Of a DNA stretch of 64,000 bases, positions 1 to 13,519 are shown in pieces. Source of the DNA: Chrysomallon squamiferum (taxonomy: Eukaryota > Animalia > Mollusca); contig CM022665.1 of assembly GCA_012295275.1 (NCBI GenBank), positions 17,856,001 through 17,920,000 on the forward strand, in the 5' to 3' direction. Position numbers and translations under genes: made by a program. Numbering within the stretch: the first letter of the stretch is position 1; every line of letters begins with the position of its first letter. The notes under the pieces are model-generated. The model saw nothing but the letters and a program-made list of their open reading frames with translations, did not search any database and was not told where the DNA came from.

Positions 1-384
1 AATTCTTACAGCTAATAGATATCTATACCATGTTAGTGATTATTATTATTATTTATTTATTTTTTTAAGGAAAAAAGATTTCATTTCCTGTTAGATAACT
101 TTAGCCAGAAATTTTAGTGTCATAATACATAGCTTCACCAAATATAAATTCATTCTAGATAATAATTAATTTATGGAATGCATTTTTAAAACAGATATAG
201 ACAGATGTACATATTTACTCATTAAAATTTTATTCACTAATTTCTAGGCAGTTTATATACAGGGTTTGTAAATTATTTTAAATTTGTTTTATTTTTTATT
301 TTCTAATGTGACTTTTAAGTTTCTTACTATAATAAAGTTCTTTATCTTGAACTTCATATTAGTTTTTGTTAAAAAATTGGTATA

Positions 385-1690
385 GAGTAAGATGGGGTAT
401 TTCTGGCCTCGGGGTATTTCTGGTCCCCAAAATATATTATGACTTATAGCAACTATACTGTTCTGTCCGGCTTCTGGAACTTTGTTGGTGTAAACCAAAC
501 CTTACCATCTCTCATTAGAACAAAGGATGTAGGTAATCAGCCATTTACACATGGAGTATAGTGGCCATGAAAGCAGTGAAAACAACAAGGTTGTAAAAAA
601 AGTGCATTTTGAGGTTTCAAAAGTGTGTTAGTTTTTTAGTTCTTTAGACATAAAATTAGTGATAACTTATAAAAGGCAACTATAAAATCAGTTACTAAGT
701 TGAGCAGAAGAAAATTGCTTAATATGTGGTAATTAGGTAAGGAGTGTATGTTTTATTTAACTCCACCACTTGGGGCAATTCTGGCCCCCATGAATGGGGT
801 AAATCTGGCCCCCATATGTGGTGGTAAAAATCAATAGTTTTGGCATTGATATAGTCCATTCTGAATTTTATTTAAGTTTTTTGAAACAACTGAAAGGACC
901 ACGGTCCCTCTTTTGGGGCATGTTGTCAAACTTCAAATAAAATGAAGAGGATGAGGCACTGACAGAAGACGAGAGTGTCACAAGGTATGAAGAAGAGTTG
1001 GCAGAGAGAGAGCAAAAGGTGAGAGGCAAAAAAACTAACAAAAAAAAAATAACCAGAAGAAGATACCACCTCAAGTCAAAACGGCACCTCAGCTTGAATG
1101 CTACAGTGGATTCTTTCAAAGAAAACGTTGGTGGTGACGAGCCTGAATTAGAAGACAGAGATGTAGTAGATACAAAAGAAAAATGTGAACTCTGTGGCAG
1201 AGTTGATGATGACATGATCATAGGATGTGATGGGAACCCAAATTAGTATTGTCTTGATCCTTGAGCAAACCTCGAAATCCCAGCTGGTGCTTACTTTAAA
1301 AATATTATATTCTTGTGTGATATTTGTCAAGGAGTTTAGTTTATTAAAGTTTTGAATCTGACTTGTATAATGAGTAGGACTAATTATTAGTAGTAGTAGA
1401 CAATGATTACATAGCAATAATCAGTACAACAAATTTGAGGACCAAAATAAATCATGAATGTGGAGTTCAGATTAACCCCAAATCATCGGTTTAAACCTGG
1501 CCCCTGACAAGAGTTTCTAACCTGGCTCCCATTTTAAAAGTATAAGCACTATGCATATAGTGTTTGTCTATTTTGAAACAGAAATGCATATACTACACAT
1601 TATTCACTCCTGTTGGTTGTTTCCTTTTGTCTTTGAAACTATAGGTGAGGTTGAATGGAAAATAGGGCCAGAATTACCCCCACCTTACCC
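385..1690 (+). mobile_element. Internally deleted, decayed pogo/Tc1-mariner-superfamily DNA transposon with TIRs and TA flanks
   Basis: The left end TA|GAGTAAGATGGGGTATTTCTGGCC matches the reverse complement of the right end (TA|GGGTAAGGTGGGGGTAATTCTGGCC). TA lies at 383-384 and 1691-1692. GGGGNAWWTCTGG-type subterminal repeats recur at ~411, 772 and 796. Confidence 0.8.
920..1339 (+). pseudogene. Remnant of a transposase C-terminus (charged tract plus degenerate PHD-type zinc finger)
   Basis: ORF 998-1246 reads ...EKCELCGRVDDDMIIGCDGNPN*. The same frame continues through stops as YCLDP*...FLCDICQGV*. This C-x2-C...GCD...FxCxxC pattern is typical of PHD fingers appended to invertebrate pogo-like DDE transposases. 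It lies inside the TIRs. Confidence 0.65.
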
Positions 1691-1834
1691 TACATATATG
1701 TACAAATTACAAATAATGTTCTTAATTGTCACAATTTACTATTATTATTATGATTATTTATTTATTTTTTAATTTATTTATTTATGTATTTATTTATTTG
1801 GAATGTTTTATTTTATTTTATTTTTTTTTTCCAG

Positions 1835-1990
1835 GTGGTAAATTTAAATAAATCATTCCTGTGACCCCAGCAGCCTCAAGACATTTTACATCACCTGGTG
1901 TAACCATGGTGACAGCTGTCTGTCTTGCTCACACAGTGTTATACAGATTTGGCAGCTGTGAGATTTGAACTCCAGATTTTCAACTTAATT
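1835..1990 (+). other. Candidate terminal exon of a plus-strand gene starting before the window
   Basis: A strong acceptor (long T tract + CCAG at 1831-1834) is followed by more complex sequence with early stops in the plausible frames, then several kb of T-rich, 3'UTR-like sequence. The end coordinate is approximate. Confidence 0.3.
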
Positions 1991-4854
1991 ATTGTTAACA
2001 GTGATAATGTTAAACAAATTGGGTTTTTTTTCTTGTTTTTTTTTCTTGTTTTTTTAACTTCTAGTATTACGTCCTTGAAATAAATGTGTATGGATATTCC
2101 CATGTCCATACATTCATCTGATTTCTTTATTTATTTAAAATTAGAATTTAATGCCATTATTACTGTTTATTTATTTTTTATTTTTTTTCTTATTTATGTT
2201 TTTAATTATTATTATTATTTTAATATTATTATTATTTATTTTTACCTTTATTACTATGACACAGTGTATTTAGAAAGAACAAGACTATAACAAATTTAAA
2301 AAAGAAAAAAAAGGCTCAAAATGAACTTCCGTAACACCAAATCTTACCATTAAAACAACAACGAAAACAACATCACAAGAGTATGATAAATTAGACACTT
2401 TAGTTCTTTCTGCATTACAAGAAGTTCCATTATAGTAAAGCTTACATAAAGAATAATATTGTTTGAAATGTCTGGTTAATGAAATTATTGCATACATTTA
2501 AAATGGTGTGAAGAAAATAGCTCAAACTACAAATAAATATTTTTTTTATTTTACAATAAAAAAATATAAACAACAGTTCAAACTGAAAATATATATTTTT
2601 TTATTTTACAATAAAAAAAATTAAAGAATTTATTTCCTGAGGAAATATTGAAATGTCTTACAGACATTGATAAGTGCTGAAAGAAAACTTACAAATGTTT
2701 ATAAACTGTTCCAGTATTTCATTGGTATCTTTCTTTTTTCTTCTTTCCAGTATAGTTGAAATTTTTATTTATTTGTTTATTTATGATTATTATTATTATT
2801 ATTAAAATTCTGTTTTTCATTAATTTTTAATTATATTTATTTTTCATGATTTATTATTAATTTTTTAATAAGTTTTGGAAAAGGTGTTTCCTCATAAGAT
2901 CTTGAATATTTTTTAAAACACAAGGAACAAAACACAAAAATTGTAAATAGTTTCTCAACTTTCATTATTCTACTTAAATAATTTGTAAAATATTGTTTAT
3001 TTTATTCTGATGTTTGAATCGTTATCACATCATTTGAACAGTCATCACATTTTTTATATCAATTTGAATCATCAGCTTTTTAAGTAATAATCATATAATG
3101 CTGAATCTTTTAATTAAATTTCAAGATTGTATTACGTGTATTTTTTCTAAGCCATTTATATTTAATTCCAAGATTTTAATTTTAATTACACTAGTATGAT
3201 GATCATCCTATCCAGTTTATAATTGGATGAGCAATTGCACATTACGATGTTTGAATTATCAAATTGATTATGATGATTATAATTATAATTGGATCATTAA
3301 CTATTAATCATGACATTCAAGTTAGAAAGGCCATGATATTTAAAATACAGTAAGGCCATTAACAAATCTGTCATATACATCTGAATTATAATTATACTTT
3401 TTCCTACTGGTTACAACATTCACAAATAGACCTTTAACTATTTGTCATTTGAACTATACTTAGACCGTTACTGTTGGTTACCACATTCACAATTAGACCT
3501 TTAACAGTTTGTCATGTCATTTAAACTACAATCAGACCTTTACTGCAGGTCATAACATGATTGATTGGTTACCTCAGCTGCTATGTAACTAATTGTTGAA
3601 GATATGCTTTAAACTTTAATTATGTTGAATTCACTGAATGAAACCTTTCAGATTACATTTACAGTAACCATAAGAGATTATACTTACTGTAAACTTGTTT
3701 ATTACAGTTAATGTAATTATTTCATTAAATGTGAACATGAGTATAAGTTAATACAAATACTGATGTTGTCCAATGTAGCCATACGTTTTACTTAGACTGT
3801 AACTACGTAAATAACATTTAAATGTAACCATATGAATTACATTTAATTGTAACCAAATTAATTACTCTCAACATAGCCATGGTCATTCTGTCTGGAACAT
3901 TTTACAGTTTATCTTCTTCAGAATCGTGTAAAAAATATATAATAATAATTAAAACAGTTTCTTGATCAATTTTTATGTATAAAGTAATTTTGTGTATAAA
4001 TTCCAGTACACTTATTTAAATTTTCAAAGTATTCATTATATTTTAAAATGTATATATGTTTACAATTATATACAGTTATTTTATATTCAATGCAGTTCTG
4101 TATCATCATCATCATCATTATTATTATTATTATTTTATTGTTGTTGTTGTAACAGTAAAATAACAGAAAATAAAAAGTTGGTTAATGGTGCTGTATGAAA
4201 ATGTCATTTCAGTGGATTTGGGGTTTTCTTTTATTTATCTATCTATCTATATAATTATATCTGTTTGTTTTGTTTTATTTATTTTGTATTATTTTGTTTT
4301 ATTACTTATATTTATTTATTTATTTTATTTATTTTAATATATTAAAGATGTCAACCAGGTCCAAATCAATGGTTAGTTTTTAGTGTTTAATTTCTGACCA
4401 AGAATTTATTAATATTGTTATTGTTGTTGTTATTATTATTATTATTGCAAATTAACAAATTATTACCTTAAAATTCAATATAAGAAAAAAGTTACAAAAA
4501 TAAATGAACTGGATTAATAAAACGTAACAACATTTTGTAAGTGATTTTTTATTATTTTATTTTAATTTATTTTATATCGTTTTTTTATTTTTACTTTTAT
4601 TTTTATTTATTATTATTATTAATTTTTTATTGACTATTGCCTTTATAGCTTCATTTCCATTAAAAGAATATACACAATTTTGTATTTTAAAAGCCTTCGA
4701 ACAAAAATGAATTATTGAACTTGCTGATAAAATGCTGTTATCGTCAATATACAAATTTATACCAGTATGTAATTTAACATAAAAGTGTTAAAATACACAC
4801 AAGTCTTTCACTCAAGGAGTTGTGAACAATTTATAATACTGAGATTGTTTTTAA

Positions 4855-4941
4855 CCCTTTTAGTGCTGATTGATATTTGCTAATTTAGGCAAAACGGTTT
4901 TTCTTGTTTTAAAAAAAATTAATAATAATAAATAAATGAAT

Positions 4942-4977
<36 letters not shown>

Positions 4978-5161
4978 AAAAAAAAAAAAAATGCTTCAGC
5001 TTGATAGTTATCCATCCTTACTCAGCACAGATGTGTCATGCATTTTGATTGGCTCACTCAGGTTTGGTGAGCGAATTACATTGAATGTTATATATTCAGT
5101 TATGGATTTACAGCTTATGCATTGATTTTGGCTATTTCTGTGAATTGTTGGCCTAAAAGGG
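4855..5161. mobile_element. piggyBac-type MITE (~307 bp)
   Basis: TTAA|CCCTTTTAG at 4851-4863 and CTAAAAGGG|TTAA at 5153-5165 form a perfect 13-bp inverted pair including the TTAA target duplication. No internal ORF. Confidence 0.7.
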
Positions 5162-7391
5162 TTAATGAAGAATAAATTTTATATCCTTGCCTAGCAGGGA
5201 GAGAGATTTCTAGAGTAGAAAGAGAAAATATTTTTTATTATGTGGCATATTTGTTGATGATCATATTCTTTATATTTGAAGTTTTTGTGTAGATTATGAA
5301 TGAAATTGCTATGACAACTGAGTCAGGGCTTTTGTGTTTTGATGAATTGAATCATGATTAGTGAAAGAAAAATATTGAGAAATAAATTTCTTTGTAAAGA
5401 ATGGACATTTGTTTGTGTTTTTATTTTCCTTCTTTTTTTTTCTTTTTTTATTGTTATTGTTATTATTTTATTTTTTAACGAGAATTCTGTACAACATGTT
5501 GAACAAGTAATTATTTTGTTTAAATCTTTAAATATTTTTCTTATATTAATAATTACCATGGTAACAAAGTAATTCAAATCTCTGGTTTAAGCTGGGTCAT
5601 ATAAATGTTCTAAACTTGGAGGTAATCAGGAAATTGGAGCTAAAAATGATAAAATGGTGGTATAAAGAAAGAAGTGGCTTTTAGTTAATTTAATTTAATT
5701 TTATTTTGTATTTATTATTTGATTTATTTCGTTATTTTATCCATTTTTTTATTATATTTTTATTTATTTTATTTATATTTTATTGTTATATTTATTTTTT
5801 ATTATATATATATATTTTTTAATAATTAATATTATTTTATTATTATTATCAATTACTTATTAATCTTGATTTGTTAGTATTTATTTTATTTTATTTTTGT
5901 GACAGAAATTATAAAATTATTAAAAGAGATACCATCCAGTCAGTCATAGATTAACAGACGTTTGTTCACATTAAACTGACCAGTTAAGAAAAGGACTAAG
6001 TGTAAAATAACCATAACCATATCCCTAAAAAATTTAAAATATGTTAATGAAACAAACATATTAATAAAACCATTCATCTATAAAGAAATTACATATACTG
6101 TCTTTAAACTATTATTCACAAGTTTTTTATTACTGTAATTATCATTTTGTATAGGAATTTCACTGTGATAAAAAAAATAAAAGTAAAAAAAAAAAAATAA
6201 TAATAATGATAACAGCAGCAGCAATAGTAGTAGTAGTAGAAAATAAATAAAACAAATTAAAATTACAACTGTTTTTATTCGTGTTTGGTTAAAAGAGTCA
6301 TTTCCCTTTATTATTCAAGTTTTGCAGGAAAATTAAATTTATATTGTCTTATTTTACAAAATAAAGTTCTTGAAAATTCATTCATAAACAGAACTGTAAA
6401 ACAAATTATTTTATTTTGCATTTTAGTGGTATTGACTTATATTATTTTAATATTTCATAACATGCAAGCACATCAGTAAGAATATTTAATTATAAATAAT
6501 ACTTATTTCACAATATTAAAACAAAATACACTAATAATTTAGTGTCTAAATTTATAGATTAACTGTTCTCCTGGATGTGCTTTTCATAAAGTTAGTACCT
6601 TTATTTTTAAGAACAAACCAGAAAACATGCAGTGAAAATTTAAATATAAATAAAAAGAAAGGATCCAGTATTTAAATGAACCTGCATTTGCCACACCACC
6701 AATGGTTTGAGTTGAATTCGGTGAAGTAACATTGAAAAACATATTTTGAAAATATTTATACAACTGATTTTCAAAGAAACACATTTTAATCATGAAAAAT
6801 TTCTTTAATTACTTAGTTTTTATTTTACTTATCAATCTTGATAACTTAATATTGTAAATATTTACTGATTTGTTTATACATCATATACCTTTAATACTTC
6901 AATAAGATTTCCTTTGCCAAAAAAATAATAAAATAAAATAAATAAAAAATAAATAAATAGAAAATAAAAAAAATAAAATATAAAAAATAACAATAAAAAA
7001 AAAAAAAAAAATAAAAATAAAAATAAATTAATTAATAATTTGTGTAGAACTTTTCTTTTTTCTCATTCCCCACTAAAGCAAAAATAACATCAAAATAGTT
7101 CAATTATTTACTTTGTAACAAAGTTTGTCAATTTCTTTTCCAGTCATGATGAAAACTCAGTTTTTTAGAGTTCACGTAATCATTCTGAACACTTCAGCAT
7201 GAACAAATATTACACACATGTTCATATTATATCTATAGAAGAACAATAATCAAAAAATAAAAATGAAAATAAAAATCCAGTTAAAAAATGATAGTTTAGC
7301 AAAACAAGATTGTAACACTGCAAATACTTTTATAATAATAATTATTATTATTTAAATATCAAGAATTTACTTAATTCCAGTTCTTTTGTAA

Positions 7392-7393
<2 letters not shown>

Positions 7394-7435
<42 letters not shown>
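7394..7435. repeat. (CT)n microsatellite
   Basis: Direct reading of the sequence. Confidence 0.95.
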
Positions 7436-7439
<4 letters not shown>

Positions 7440-9198
7440 GTACTAGTATCTGTATTATTAGTTTCTGTTAAGATATAATAAATTTTTGAAGAAAAGTTTT
7501 CATTTTAAATCAACATAGTATAAACCTGATTAATGAAACAACTTACTAGACATCCTGTTACAGTGTAACAAGATTAAAAAAATTGTCTTAAAAGTAACAA
7601 AATTCAGGGTCAAATTTAAGATTTCACAAAATAGGGAAGAGCTGCCATGATTTCAGATGGGATGCATTCTTACCCAAGTCTGTAAATCAGTAATTATATG
7701 GTTACATATGAAGCATATATATTTTTTTTTTAATGTAGTGTTTATACCAAATGCTACATAATTTCAGAAATAAATTGCTATTATTTATAATTTATTAATT
7801 TGTTTTGTGATTCAAATTCATATATTTTACATATATGTTTATTTGTTATCCATTTTACACAAAACAATTTTAAATAAAACATATTTCAATAATACATTAT
7901 ATAAATGAGTATTTATGAGGAACTATTGATTCAAGAACAAAATATTCCACTAATGAATAAAATAATTTTTAAAATATTTTTTATATATATGTACATGTAT
8001 TTTAATGTTTTCCACTACTACTATTAAACACAATACAATTTACCAACAAATTGTCCATCCAGTAAATAATTTGTAAAATTTAAAAATATAATAAAAGATC
8101 GTGACATCAATTACATTTATATTTGGTATGGCAGTATAAATTTTAAACCTTTTTGTAAAACTCCTTTGAAAATAAAATATATTGTTAGCTTGTATTACTA
8201 TTACACATAAACTAAATATTTCTACTGTATATTGCTATTACTCATATAATGAGTAAATATTTCTATAATGTATTAATACCATATACAGACTATATGAATA
8301 TTTGTACAATATATATTCTAAATGTTTCTACATTCTATTACTATTACATTCTATGCTGAATGAAAATTTATACAATGTATTACTATTATACATATACTGA
8401 AGGAATATTTGTATAATGTACATGCCATGACGGAATATTTATACACTGTATTATTACCACACATACCCTGAATGAATATTTATACAATATATCAACAGTT
8501 AAATAAAATATGATTTGTCATGAAATGGTACTTCTGTCAAGCAGTTGTTTCCAAGAAATTTTTTTAATTAAAACTATACTGGAGTCACATGTGCTGTTTG
8601 TTCCTGGTTTTAATGAATTTTAATTGGGCTGTATTTTTACATTTATCAAAGGAAATGCCTACCAATCAACTATACGCATGATTTTTATTTTTATTTTATT
8701 TTTTTTATTTTAACTGTTTTAAATTTGTCTGAAAACTGCAAGATATATTATAATTAATGTAATTTCCAAAAAATTAGGATCGTCATTATATTTAAAAATT
8801 AAGTTTCCTAAACAATAACAACAAAAAATACATTTTTATCTGAAGTACCTTTTCAGCACAAACTCCAACAATAAATTTACAAATAATAATAATAATAGAA
8901 ATAGTAATTTAAAAAAAAGAAAGAAGTTTGTACAATTTTTTAAATACAAATATTTCAGTAAATTCAAGCTTTTATACACACACATATCACAGTGACATAT
9001 GTATATATACATGCATATAAATGAACACAAAATAATAATAAAATACCCATTTACTGAACAAGAAATGTTACTTGTTTACAGATTTTTACAAAATCATCTC
9101 TGTGACTCATGCACACCAAAAAAAAAAAAAAAAAAAAAAAAATACACAGCAGTAAAAATATAGTTTTGGTAAAAATACAAAACACTTGTTTTATGATG

Positions 9199-9238
<40 letters not shown>

Positions 9239-10289
9239 TTTTATATAGTGCCACATTCACAGTTTTTCGTGTTCTGTATGCTTAATGATCCAAAATGTAG
9301 TTTTAACATTTTAAATCTGTACATGGCAGTATAAGTGAGTGAGTGATTTCACATAATCTGTACAGTAGTGTTTGATGGTTTCAGACAAATACACCAGAAG
9401 TTAAGCAATTGGAAAGTAAATCTATTGTGAAACAAAACAAATTCACATCTTGAACTCAATTTTCAGATATTCAAATGTTTAATATGTATCTTCATATCCT
9501 TCTGTTATCTTTACAATAAAATTATTCATATAAGTAACAGCAAATGTGTGTGTATCTATTTGCATAACAGTGTGACAAAACAGCATGAAATATGACATTA
9601 TCTAGGACTATGACATCAGCAATGACCACTACGTTGGTAACATCCCTGTCAGTAGTGTACATCACCTTCACAACAGCTGTCTAATGCTTGCTTAATCAGC
9701 TTGCTTAATTTATGTTAATTTAATGACAAAACATATTTGGTTAGATTATGTCATGTGAAAAGAACAGTGTAGCAGTAGTGTGCATCTTATTCTGTTTTCA
9801 ACCAAAGACACAATCATTTCATTGGACAGTAAAATGTAATTAAGTACAAAAAAAAATTGTGACATAAAAAAAAAAAAAAAAAAAAAGATTTAATCTCTTT
9901 AATAATTCCTTTCTTATGGTTAGCTCTATGTTGGATGCCAAAGAGCTGGAAATGGAAATTCATTCATTTCTCCTCAGTGACACTGCAAAACTAAGACTGT
10001 TCAAAATGCTGCTGACTTAACAATGATCTCAAACTGACTGTGATTTTTTACTCATTAAAATTATATTTTTTTTATTATTCTAAATTTTTAGTTATGTGGG
10101 CCAAAGGCCTAACAGCCTTCTAAAGTCTGCACAGAATGTAGCTCTTAAACTTGTTATAAATATTTTTCACATCATTATCAGTTAATACATTAATTTTCAG
10201 TTTCAGTAGATTGTCATAACTATGCATATCCACACTGAAATCCATGTTCTGGATAAATATCTGATTACTACTTCTACTACTATAACTAC

Positions 10290-10341
<52 letters not shown>

Positions 10342-10342
10342 T
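10290..10342. repeat. (ATT)n microsatellite; one of many AAT/ATT tracts in the window
   Basis: Direct reading of the sequence. Confidence 0.95.
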
Positions 10343-11150
10343 TATTTTAAATTAAAATAGCAGAAAAATATCTCAATAACAAGAACCTATTTAGTTTTAC
10401 AAATACATATTATAAATTTTTTTAAGACATGAACACAAAATATAAGAAACTTTTTTCCTCCAAAAACACTAGAATTTTTTTTTAAATTTAAAAAACAAAT
10501 GAACACTTGTATAAAAATTATATATTTCACATAAAATTATCATTGTCTGTTCTCTACTTCAACATAATTTGAAGATCAAGATTTAATGCCCATTGTAACT
10601 ACACCCACATATACCATATACATATATGACATATTTATATATACACGCATACATACATATACTGAAACACATTATGAAACAACTGAACAAAAAATATCTT
10701 AATACTGTTATTTGTTTTATGTTGTTTCATTTTACAAAGAAGAACACAAATTAAACTTTTTAACATAAATGTAATTAAAGCTTTGATATTTTATTTTTTC
10801 TTCAAACTTTCACAAGCAAGGTCTTCATATCAAGGCACATTTTGGGGTTTTTTTCACACTAAACCTATCAAGAGTAAGATAATGATGAAAATAATGTACC
10901 AAATTAACTATTTCTAAATCTTTGGTTCATTTCAGCTTTTGAAAAAACAAACATACTCTTATGAATTTAGTCAACAAAAAAAAAAAAAAGTAATAATAAA
11001 ATTCTGTGATTGTTCATAAATCAGTTATTCTTAAAAAAAAAAATAATAATAATAATAATAACAGTAATAAAAACAAAAATATCATTAACAATAATAATAA
11101 GATAGAGCATATTCTATCTCTGGTATTATGAGCCAGGAATGGCTTAAATG

Positions 11151-13349
11151 TTACTCAAAACGTAAATACCTCTTCAAGGAATCAGGAATGGGCAAGGAAT
11201 GAACTTGAGAACAATTTCTGCCCATTGACTGGTAAACAGTAACTCGGGCTATCTGCTTAAGACTGCGAGGATTTTCTGACAAATGGTTGATCAGGTGCAA
11301 AATATCTGTACTGCCTGAGTCTTCATGATAAATGCGAGCACTGGTTTTTGCTGCAGTTAGGCACTCGAACAGAGTCCTGTGATCCATGGAGTTGTAGAAG
11401 AGCATCAGTAGCTCCTTGGCCCAGCCATCCTGGTAGAAGGAGTCTCTTTCTTTGATGTTGTGGATGTAGTGGTTGACAGCCTGTGTTTCTTGTTTCTTTA
11501 AGAAGATAGAGCTCTGGCAGTGGCAGATGATGGGTTCAGATGGGTATGGAGCAATATTAGGGTTGGCACCCCACTGAAGCAGTGTCTTCAGCCACATGTG
11601 AATAACATTCAGGTCTTTAGATGACTCACAAAACTCTGTCAGTTTGACAAAATCTATCAAAGCATTGCCTTTGCCTCCTTTTGGATACTGGCAGGTTTTT
11701 GAGCTGGTATGATTAGCATTTAAGCCGTATTGCAAAAAGGTGGCCAAGACTTCATTGGCGAGTTTAGCAAATTTCATTTTTATACTGTTTTCTGAAGAAT
11801 CTCCACTATATGAAATATCATCATCATCATCATTAATGCTGAAATACCTTTTACAAGTCATAGCTAGCAGTGTGGCACATGTTCCCCGATTTCCAGTCAC
11901 AAATGTCAGAATAGCTCCATGTCTGAGCACAGTCTCAAAGGCCTGAACAATGTACTGAGATTGTCTACAGAGAGAGTGGACATCATCATAAATAAGACAC
12001 TGAAGTAAAATTACCACTGGACTGTGTCCAAGCTGACACTGAAAGTTAGGATTGGCACCATGAGACAGCAGAACCTCCATAGCCTGACAGAGAGCCGAGT
12101 AATCATTCTTGTAATCCTTGATCAAATATGTGAAGATGGACGTCTGGACACACGAACATGGGTTGTCAATATTACAAGCCTTCAGAGCTATGTGCAGCAT
12201 TCTGCTGAGAGGCTGCAGGCCATAAGCATTCAGCAGTGTGTGATCAGCATTGAATTCCATCAGCAGTTCCATTGTATTCAGTACCTGCTGCTGGTAGTCC
12301 TCCTGTAGATGACTCCTGGCAACTTTCCTCTGACTGGGATCAGCAAAGTTTCCACCTGTGTAAGAGACATGTGAAATGATCATGTGTAATGGTGTCTCTC
12401 CCAGAGTTGTGTAAGCATTGATGTTCTGTTCTATACCAGTTGTGAGCAGATACTTTGTTGTGTCAAAGATGGTAAACAAACCATCAATGTTTCTCCTGTA
12501 CAAGCGATGCAGAGCTGTCTCGTGAAGTTTCTTCGAGACAATTCGTACGTCAGCACCATTATCGACTAGAATTGTGACTGACTCTCTGCCCCAGGGGACA
12601 GCTGTGATGAGAGGTGTGTCACCCTCCTCATTACACCAGTCAACATACTCAGGGTATTTCTTCACAAAATATTCTATGCAGGATGTGGCACCTTTCTGAC
12701 AGGCATAATGAAGCAGTTTTGGCACAAAGTTGTTTTTCTGTTTGTCCTTATGTGAGTGCAGAAGAACATCCAGGCATTCCACTTTGTTTCCTGTGATAGC
12801 ACTTTCAATGGGAGTCAAACAGTTGCTATGGCAATGATAAACTGGAAGTTTACTGAAACCGAGAAAGGAGGTTTTGAAAGACAGAGCTAAATGACACTCA
12901 GGAAAACACATGCCACACTTTGACTTGTGGCTTGCTCCAAAACTGAGCAGAAGCTCAAGTATGTCTGCCCTGCCCTGGAATGCAGCAATGTGAACCGGAG
13001 GACTGCATTTGTACTTGTCAGGGTTGCAGTGTTTTTTGAGAAGAAGACTCACAACATCCTTCCAGCCTCTGATCACAGCGAGCTGCAGCAGATCATATCC
13101 CTGAATGTTATCCACCACCTGAAGCAGATCCTCCTGAATTGAAACACTCTGCAGAAGTGAACAGACATCATATGATGTGCCATCCAGTTGCTTTGTGATA
13201 ATGTTCACAGCCTTCCACAACACAACAGCAGTTTCCTGAGATGGAGGTTTCAGGCGAGGTCTGTGCAGAGTATTAAATGGCCATATTCCTTTGAAGAAAC
13301 TAAGCAAGGAATAACACCAGCTATAGACTTTGTCTAGAAATGAATTCAT
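11151..13349 (-). CDS. Ankyrin repeat and SOCS box-containing protein (ASB-like, putative Elongin BC-Cullin5 E3 substrate receptor), 732 aa, single coding exon
   Basis: Uninterrupted ORF with an in-frame upstream TAG and AAC ATG context. Multiple ankyrin motifs: GYDLLQLAV, PPVHIAAFQG, GDTPLITAV, ETALHRL, GETPLHMII, GANPN. The C-terminal SOCS box PRSLKQIARVTV...LPIPDSLKRYL contains a BC-box and an LPxP Cul5 box. Confidence 0.93.
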   Translation of the reverse strand: MNSFLDKVYSWCYSLLSFFKGIWPFNTLHRPRLKPPSQETAVVLWKAVNIITKQLDGTSYDVCSLLQSVSIQEDLLQVVDNIQGYDLLQLAVIRGWKDVVSLLLKKHCNPDKYKCSPPVHIAAFQGRADILELLLSFGASHKSKCGMCFPECHLALSFKTSFLGFSKLPVYHCHSNCLTPIESAITGNKVECLDVLLHSHKDKQKNNFVPKLLHYACQKGATSCIEYFVKKYPEYVDWCNEEGDTPLITAVPWGRESVTILVDNGADVRIVSKKLHETALHRLYRRNIDGLFTIFDTTKYLLTTGIEQNINAYTTLGETPLHMIISHVSYTGGNFADPSQRKVARSHLQEDYQQQVLNTMELLMEFNADHTLLNAYGLQPLSRMLHIALKACNIDNPCSCVQTSIFTYLIKDYKNDYSALCQAMEVLLSHGANPNFQCQLGHSPVVILLQCLIYDDVHSLCRQSQYIVQAFETVLRHGAILTFVTGNRGTCATLLAMTCKRYFSINDDDDDISYSGDSSENSIKMKFAKLANEVLATFLQYGLNANHTSSKTCQYPKGGKGNALIDFVKLTEFCESSKDLNVIHMWLKTLLQWGANPNIAPYPSEPIICHCQSSIFLKKQETQAVNHYIHNIKERDSFYQDGWAKELLMLFYNSMDHRTLFECLTAAKTSARIYHEDSGSTDILHLINHLSENPRSLKQIARVTVYQSMGRNCSQVHSLPIPDSLKRYLRFE

Positions 13350-13519
13350 GTTGAAGTCAGTGTGCTAAACATAAATAATATTTTCTTAGTTGTCCTCAAT
13401 GTCAAATTCATTTTTCTACTTGGGCATTATTATTTTTTTTACTAAGATCCATGATAAATATAATGTGCATGCTCCATTTCACCAAGAAGTTCCATTCTTA
13501 AGTACTGCAGAATCAAATC
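13350..13519 (-). other. 5'UTR part of the ASB-like coding exon
   Basis: Minus-strand acceptor TTTCTATTTTTTAG| with AG at 13521-13520. Confidence 0.6.

Noticed and set aside
11740-13142. Short plus-strand ORFs antisense to the ASB-like CDS
   Set aside because: They are shadow ORFs of a GC-richer coding strand with no recognisable motifs.
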